From Pseudomonadota bacterium (GTDB lineage: Bacteria; Pseudomonadota; Gammaproteobacteria; Pseudomonadales; UBA5862), in NCBI GenBank assembly GCA_034189125.1, contig JAXHVB010000111.1, forward strand, positions 2,105 through 66,104: a stretch of 64,000 nucleotides of DNA, given 5' to 3'. Each line of letters starts with the position of its first letter. The first letter of the stretch is position 1. The position numbers were made by a program, and so were the translations under genes. This document shows positions 58,896 through 64,000 of the stretch, one piece after another. Below the pieces are notes generated by a model. The model made no database searches and was not told where the DNA came from. It saw only the letters and a program-made list of their open reading frames with translations.

Positions 58896-60038
58896 ATGAC
58901 CACCAGCCACGACATCCTGGAGTTGACCTGCGAGTTGATTCGCCACGCTTCGATCACGCCAGAGGACGCCGGCTGCATGGACCTGATTGGCGCAAGACTC
59001 GAACCCTTAGGCTTCCACCTGGAGTGGATGCCCTTTGGCAAGGTGCGCAACCTATGGGCCAAACGTGGCTCGGCTCGCCCCCTCCTGGTGTTTGCCGGAC
59101 ACACCGATGTGGTGCCGACCGGCCCCGCATCCGAGTGGACCAGCCACCCGTTCGAACCCGAGGTGCGAGGACAGCGACTGTATGGCCGGGGGGCGGCGGA
59201 CATGAAGGCGAGCCTCGCCGCCATGGTCATCGCTTGCGAGGCGTTCGTTCGGCGCCAGCCCGAACACGCCGGCTCGATCGCCTTCTTGCTGACCAGCGAT
59301 GAAGAAGGCCCAGCGACCGATGGCACCCGGAAAGTGATCGAGGCGCTCGCAGCGCGAGACGAGCCCTTGGACTGGTGTGTCGTCGGTGAGCCCTCGTGTA
59401 CGCAGTCGCTCGGAGACACCATCAAGCATGGCCGGCGCGGCTCATTGAACGGCCATTTGCACGTTCAGGGCGTCCAGGGTCACATTGCGTATCCGCATTT
59501 GGCGGACAACCCCATTCATCGGCTCACGGCGGTCTTGGAAGACCTGCGCTCACGCACCTGGGACTCCGGCAATGCGGCTTTTCCGGCCACTCAATTGCAG
59601 GTCTCGAACATCCAGTCCGGGACCGGCGCCACCAATGTGATCCCGGGCAGCGCCGAGGCAAGGTTCAACTTTCGTTATTCCACCGCCACCACCGCTGCCG
59701 AGCTACAAGCGGAAGTGGAGCGCTGCTGTGCGCGTCACCTCGATCGATTCCAGCTCGACTGGAACCACAGCGGAGCCCCTTTTCTCACTCCACCGGGCCC
59801 GTTCTTGCGCGCCGCCGAGCGCGCAGTGCAGCAGGTCACAGGCCTGAAGCCGGAACTGTCCACCGGTGGTGGCACCTCGGACGGGCGCTTTATCGCCCCC
59901 TACGGGGTCGAGGTGATTGAATTCGGTCCGGTCAACGCCAGCATTCATCAGGTGGATGAGTGGGTCGAAGTCAGCGCCTTGGAGCCATTGTCCCGCGTAT
60001 ACCTGCGGCTGATGGAACAGCTGCTCGCGCCCGAATGA
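58896..60038 (+). CDS. dapE: Succinyl-diaminopimelate desuccinylase
   Basis: M20 peptidase motifs LLVFAGHTDVVPTGP and LYGRGAADMK. About 380 aa. Confidence 0.95.
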   Translation: MTTSHDILELTCELIRHASITPEDAGCMDLIGARLEPLGFHLEWMPFGKVRNLWAKRGSARPLLVFAGHTDVVPTGPASEWTSHPFEPEVRGQRLYGRGAADMKASLAAMVIACEAFVRRQPEHAGSIAFLLTSDEEGPATDGTRKVIEALAARDEPLDWCVVGEPSCTQSLGDTIKHGRRGSLNGHLHVQGVQGHIAYPHLADNPIHRLTAVLEDLRSRTWDSGNAAFPATQLQVSNIQSGTGATNVIPGSAEARFNFRYSTATTAAELQAEVERCCARHLDRFQLDWNHSGAPFLTPPGPFLRAAERAVQQVTGLKPELSTGGGTSDGRFIAPYGVEVIEFGPVNASIHQVDEWVEVSALEPLSRVYLRLMEQLLAPE

Positions 60039-60298
60039 CCCGCCCACCCCAGGCCCGGCACACCCACCCAGAGCGCGTCCAACTGCGCAGGTTCGCCCTG
60101 GGCGCCGCGGTGTTTTTCCTTGGCGGCGGCCTGTTTCTCGCCGGCAACCGCTACCTGGAAGGCGCTTCGGCGCGGGACATTGTGACCGGTATCGGCGCGT
60201 TGCTGCTGGGGCTCGGTGGTGCGTTCGCTGGCTGGCAATACGTCCTGCTCGCAAGCGGGCGCATCCTGCGCTTGCTGCGTGAGCGTGATCGTGGCTAA
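60035..60298 (+). CDS. Small hypothetical two-TM membrane protein, translationally coupled to dapE
   Basis: ATGA start/stop overlap at 60035..60038. Two Gly/Ala/Leu-rich hydrophobic segments. Confidence 0.45.
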   Translation: MTRPPQARHTHPERVQLRRFALGAAVFFLGGGLFLAGNRYLEGASARDIVTGIGALLLGLGGAFAGWQYVLLASGRILRLLRERDRG

Positions 60299-60418
60299 TA
60301 TCCGCAGCAGGACAGGCAAGGCTGCTCTATCCTTTGTTTGGCCAGGTCACGCATCCGGCCCCCAAACAACTGAACTGCGCCATGCATCGCCGCCACTGGC
60401 TAATTAAGGAGACCTTCC

Positions 60419-61621
60419 ATGCGCTCGACTTCTTCAGTTTTTGTCGCCACGGCCCTGGCTTGCGCCTCCGCGGCGGTGCAGGGAGCGCCCTTCACTGTAT
60501 TCGATGCCCGTTCCATGGGAATGGGCGGGGCAGGTGTTGCGTCCGCACGCACCGCCAATGCCGCCCTGTTCAATCCAGCATTGCTGGCCGCCGCACGCGG
60601 CGGTGAAGATTTTGGCCTGGTGCTGCCGGCAATCGGTGCCGCCATCTACGATGAAGACGAAATCATCGACGCGGTGGACCGCATCCAGGATGAAGAAATT
60701 CCGGCCCTGGAAGCTGCCTACGATGCGGCCAACCAGCCAGCCATTGAAGGCGCAGCAGCGCAGCTGGCGAGTTCCCTTCGCAGCATCGACCACAAACAGG
60801 CGTTCGCCGAGTTTGGCGCAGGGATTGGTGTGTCGATCCCAGGCCGCCGCTTTGGGACGGCCCTGAACATCAGCGGCTACGGTGTCGCCGGCGCCACCCC
60901 CGTGGTGGCGGCCGCCGACCTGACTCAATTGGACGCGATTGCAAGCGGCGCGCCTCTGCCGGACCCCACCGATTCGTTGCTTTCCGAGGTCAACGCGGTC
61001 GCCGCCGCGATCGGCGAAATCGGCTTGAGCTTTGCCCATGGCATGCCGCTCGGCAACCACCGGCTGGCGATCGGTGTCACGCCAAAGCTGCAGGAAGTAC
61101 AGGCCTATGACTACACCGCCCGCGTGGATGACGACAACGGTTTCGAGACCGACGACATCACCGACACCGAGGTGAGTGACACCAGTGTCAACCTGGATGC
61201 CGGGGTTGCCCTGCGACTCGGAGAGGCCGGCCATTGGCGCCTCGGGCTGGTGGTGCGCAACCTGATTGCCCACGACATCGAAACCGCCCAAGGCGCCACC
61301 ATCGAATTCGAACCCCAGGCCCGCTTCGGCGTCGCCCACCACACCCGCGTCACCACCATCACGGTCGACGCAGACCTCACCGAAAACCAGCCCGTCGCGT
61401 TTGGCGACAAAACCCAGTTCATTGCAGCTGGCGCAGAGTTCGATCTGTTCGGTTGGGCCCAGGCCCGAGTCGGCTACCGGCACAACCTGTCGGACGGGCC
61501 AGACAAGGACCTGACCACCCTGGGCCTCGGGTTCTCGCCCTTCGGGATCGGCATTGACGTCGCGGCCTTCCTGGCCGATGGCAGCGCCGGCGGGGTCCTG
61601 CAGTTCGGGTTTCACCTGTAG
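60419..61621 (+). CDS. Outer-membrane beta-barrel protein, TraF-like (PF13729-type) family
   Basis: Signal peptide (...ACASAAVQGAP). N-terminal FDARSMGMGGAGVA ... NPALL motif, which I associate with TraF_2-type barrels. Alternating strand pattern. C-terminal LQFGFHL. Confidence 0.65.
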   Translation: MRSTSSVFVATALACASAAVQGAPFTVFDARSMGMGGAGVASARTANAALFNPALLAAARGGEDFGLVLPAIGAAIYDEDEIIDAVDRIQDEEIPALEAAYDAANQPAIEGAAAQLASSLRSIDHKQAFAEFGAGIGVSIPGRRFGTALNISGYGVAGATPVVAAADLTQLDAIASGAPLPDPTDSLLSEVNAVAAAIGEIGLSFAHGMPLGNHRLAIGVTPKLQEVQAYDYTARVDDDNGFETDDITDTEVSDTSVNLDAGVALRLGEAGHWRLGLVVRNLIAHDIETAQGATIEFEPQARFGVAHHTRVTTITVDADLTENQPVAFGDKTQFIAAGAEFDLFGWAQARVGYRHNLSDGPDKDLTTLGLGFSPFGIGIDVAAFLADGSAGGVLQFGFHL

Positions 61622-61647
61622 CGCGACCGGCAACAGGCGCTGCCGGG

Positions 61648-62208
61648 TTACGCGGCCCGGTAGTGCGGGGTGAATTGCCCCCGCAAGAACTCCATCTGGT
61701 CACCCAGCACCCGGCCGCTGTTCTCGAGTGCCAAGTACTCGGCCCAGTTGGGTCGGTACGGCAGCGCGAGCAACTCCATGCCACTTTTCTCCAGCAATCG
61801 ATCGCCTTTTTTCTGGTTGCACCTTCGACAGGCCGTGACCACGTTGGTCCAGGTGTCCCGTCCCCCTTTGGACTTGGGCACCACGTGGTCGCGCGTCAAC
61901 AACCGCTCGGAGTAGCTGGCACCACAGTACAGACAGGTGCGGCGATCCCGTCGGAACAGCCCGCTGTTGGTCAGCGGTGGGTGCTGACGGCCACCCGTAA
62001 AGATTTTTCCCTCGCAGGCGATGATGCTGTGCAATGAGACGCTGCTGCGGGTTTGGGTCTGCCGCGACCAACCGCCCCGCACCGTTAACACGATGCTTCC
62101 GAGGTTCCAGCGCACCAGATCTCGCGCATGCAAGCAGACGGCCTCTTGCCAACTGACCCACTCCACCGGCTGTCCGGCGAGGTTCAAACGGAGAATTCGG
62201 ACACTCAT
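61648..62208 (-). CDS. HNH endonuclease
   Basis: CLYCGA ... RDHVVPKSKGGRDTWTNVVTACRRCNQKKG (the HNH beta-beta-alpha-metal finger). ATG at 62208. Confidence 0.85.
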   Translation of the reverse strand: MSVRILRLNLAGQPVEWVSWQEAVCLHARDLVRWNLGSIVLTVRGGWSRQTQTRSSVSLHSIIACEGKIFTGGRQHPPLTNSGLFRRDRRTCLYCGASYSERLLTRDHVVPKSKGGRDTWTNVVTACRRCNQKKGDRLLEKSGMELLALPYRPNWAEYLALENSGRVLGDQMEFLRGQFTPHYRAA

Positions 62209-62293
62209 CAAAAACGCCTCTGCCTTGCGTGCGTCAAAGGGAACCAATCATCCTGTTTCACCGGAGCAATCGCCGAATGCCTGCGCCAGAAAC

Positions 62294-62320
62294 AAAAAAA
62301 GCGCCGAATGGCGCTTTTTA
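62294..62320 (-). terminator. Rho-independent (bidirectional) terminator ending the CHAD-parA operon
   Basis: Minus strand reads AAAAA-GCGCC-ATTC-GGCGC-TTTTTTTG. Located about 195 nt downstream of the parA-like stop. Confidence 0.7.
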
Positions 62321-62513
62321 CACTGACAGCGGTACGACGCCGATAACGGTTGTCGCCGGTGGCCGGTAACGGGCTGAACCAACCTCAGGTTGAGGTTGGC
62401 CGCAGGGCAAATGAACGTGAAGATCGTCATCAAGCCAAGCCTCCGCACAGCCTTTTCAGTCAGCCAGAAGGCTACTGCAAACGCCGGTGTCTCCGCAAGC
62501 ATCCAAGGGCGGA

Positions 62514-63275
62514 TCAAACCGGGGCACGAACCGGCACCAACGTCTGCATCACCTCGTCCCAGAGTCGCCGGTAGGCAAGTGCTGCGGGGCGGTTGCTGCC
62601 CGAGGCCAGCAGCGGGGCACGGCGCACCCCCATGTTCTCTACATCGACACTAAATGGAATTTCGGCATCCAGAAAGAACCCATACTGCGCCCGCAAACGC
62701 TGCATGAATTCGCGGTGCATGCGCTTGTGTACCTGGGCCATCGAAAAAAAGGCGTGCAGGTGCTGCGACGGCAACCCGGCGACTTGGAAATGCTCGACCA
62801 ACTGAGCGAGGGTCCGCGCCGACAAGGTGGTGGGAATCACCGGCACCAACACGGCATCGACCGCGGCAAACACATTCTCCGCGAGCAACCCGATGCCCGG
62901 CGGCGCGTCCATTACCACCAGATCATAGCGTCCTTCGAGTGCGGCAAGTCGCCGGCGAAGCTGACGGTCCGACTTTTTCTTGGTTCCAAGCACCTGCTCT
63001 ACTGTGCGGTGCTGGAGGTTGGAGGGCAGCAGGTGAAGCCGTGGAAAGTCGCTGGCTCGGATGCCCTGCAGCAACTGCTTGCGGTCTCCCATGTACCAGC
63101 GGTCCTCGACGTCACCACTGGGCTCGGTGCGCAGGTAATAACTGGAGGCGCCCTGGGGGTCCAGGTCAATCAACAGCGTGCGGTAGCCGCTTTGGGCACC
63201 GGCAAAGGCCAAATTCACTGCGGCTGCAGTTTTGCCAACACCGCCTTTGACGCTGTACACGGCCAAGCGGTGCAT
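62514..63275 (-). CDS. ParA/MinD-family P-loop ATPase (orphan, no ParB)
   Basis: Deviant Walker A with signature lysine (VYSVKGGVGKTAAAVNLA), LLIDLDPQG, and Walker B DLVVMDAPPG. 253 aa. Confidence 0.9.
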   Translation of the reverse strand: MHRLAVYSVKGGVGKTAAAVNLAFAGAQSGYRTLLIDLDPQGASSYYLRTEPSGDVEDRWYMGDRKQLLQGIRASDFPRLHLLPSNLQHRTVEQVLGTKKKSDRQLRRRLAALEGRYDLVVMDAPPGIGLLAENVFAAVDAVLVPVIPTTLSARTLAQLVEHFQVAGLPSQHLHAFFSMAQVHKRMHREFMQRLRAQYGFFLDAEIPFSVDVENMGVRRAPLLASGSNRPAALAYRRLWDEVMQTLVPVRAPV

Positions 63276-64000
63276 CAGTGCGTGGCCCGGGAAAGCTCAC
63301 GGAAACAGGCTTTGGTCGACCCGCAGTTGAACCCGGCCAGTGCGTCGGCAATTGTCTCACGCGCATAGGCTTTGTCGCGCAGGTCGACACCAGCCAATAG
63401 GCCGGCAGCAAACACGGCTTCCGGCGCATGCAAACGCCCTTGGAATACCAGGTCTTGTAACGCGTCTTCGCGCAACCTCAAGTCATTGTATTCACCGAGG
63501 GCATTCTGGAGTCGGCGCAGGGCTTTGACCGCGCCAGCCGCAGACTCTGCAGGCAAAACGGCCGCAAAGACCTCCAACAGGTAACGCAGCTTTTTGCACT
63601 GGACGCGCAAGCGGTGCAGTGCTTCATCCGTCGCTGGCAGCCCCGCGCGGGTGGCCTCACGCAACTTGCGGTACCTGCGGCGTACCTCCCTTTGCACCAA
63701 GTCCACGATGGGTGCCTCGGCATCAGCGCCAGCCAAATCGGGGGCACCCGTTCCGAATGTCCGAGCGAGTGCTTCAAGGCGACCCCGGTACTGGGGCGCC
63801 TGCAGGTGGCTGCGCACAGTTTTCAAAGCAACTGCTCGCTCCTCAGCGAGCGCGGCAAAAACCTCCCGCCCTGCCCCGCTCAGTGCGTCAGGCAACACCG
63901 CCACCCGGCTGTCCGCCTCAGCAATCCAGACATCGAGGTCACGCATGTGGTTGGTCTGTTGCTGGAGGGAGCGCAACTCATTGCGCAGCGGCTCGACCTG
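63275..64000 (-). CDS. CHAD-domain protein, 5-prime truncated by the window edge
   Basis: The frame stays open to nt 64000. All-helical sequence with CHAD-type conserved His/Arg/Lys/Tyr blocks (LHRLRVQCKKLRYLLEVF, ALRRLQNALGEYND). The stop overlaps the parA-like ATG by 1 nt. Confidence 0.8.
   Translation of the reverse strand, partial: QVEPLRNELRSLQQQTNHMRDLDVWIAEADSRVAVLPDALSGAGREVFAALAEERAVALKTVRSHLQAPQYRGRLEALARTFGTGAPDLAGADAEAPIVDLVQREVRRRYRKLREATRAGLPATDEALHRLRVQCKKLRYLLEVFAAVLPAESAAGAVKALRRLQNALGEYNDLRLREDALQDLVFQGRLHAPEAVFAAGLLAGVDLRDKAYARETIADALAGFNCGSTKACFRELSRATH

Noticed and set aside
60434-61633. 399-aa minus-strand ORF mirroring the outer-membrane barrel gene
   Set aside because: The plus-strand product has a signal peptide, strand periodicity and an OMP-type C-terminus. 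The antisense product has none of these and is Gly/Val/Asp/Arg-rich. High-GC artefact.
62248-62517. 89-aa minus-strand ORF in the parA-HNH intergenic region
   Set aside because: It spans the terminator hairpin, has no RBS or motif, and has atypical composition. It is more likely non-coding (see the hairpin/3-prime UTR finding).

Overview
GC-rich, almost gap-free 64-kb chromosomal segment with gammaproteobacterial (Pseudomonas-like) core synteny. I recognised no rRNA, CRISPR array, transposase, integrase or phage gene. All calls rest on motif recognition by eye plus the ORF track; no database search was run.

Layout, left to right:
(i) Nitrate-assimilation operon, cut by the left edge: nrtB permease, a fused two-NBD ATPase, nirB, nirD, a NasC-like flavoprotein, nasA, an outer-membrane barrel and a terminator.
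(ii) A hydrolase, secF-secD-yajC-tgt-queA (minus strand), a solitary tRNA-Leu(CAA) with a near-consensus promoter, and ppk1.
(iii) An accessory-looking metabolic stretch (about 20-31.4 kb): a hydrolase, two paralogous MFS transporters flanking a glutaredoxin-like gene, a translationally coupled MaoC hydratase pair, EcsC, cytochrome b561, cytochrome c-prime, adhC, and a cysteine-less thiolase-fold protein with a free-standing DUF35 partner.
(iv) Split B12-dependent ribonucleotide reductase nrdJa/nrdJb, with NrdR-box-like operators and a divergent Fre-like flavin reductase.
(v) queC-queE-cpoB-pal-tolB-tolA-tolR-tolQ-ybgC-ruvB-ruvA-ruvC-yebC-aspS, all on the minus strand.
(vi) FmdB zinc ribbon, HD-GYP protein, HU with a basic tail, proS, SLT transglycosylase, Kdo/WaaP-like kinase, acylphosphatase, class I fumarase, pyruvate kinase, MFE-2-type SDR and dapE.
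(vii) Right edge: a TraF-like barrel, an orphan HNH nuclease, and a ParA-type ATPase translationally coupled to a CHAD-domain gene that runs off the window.

Best candidates for new biology:
- The CHAD-ParA pair, a possible polyphosphate-granule positioning module.
- The Ltp2-like aldolase/DUF35 pair plus the MaoC heteromer.
- The asymmetric fused nitrate-transporter ATPase.

The many long antisense ORFs in the track are treated as high-GC artefacts.
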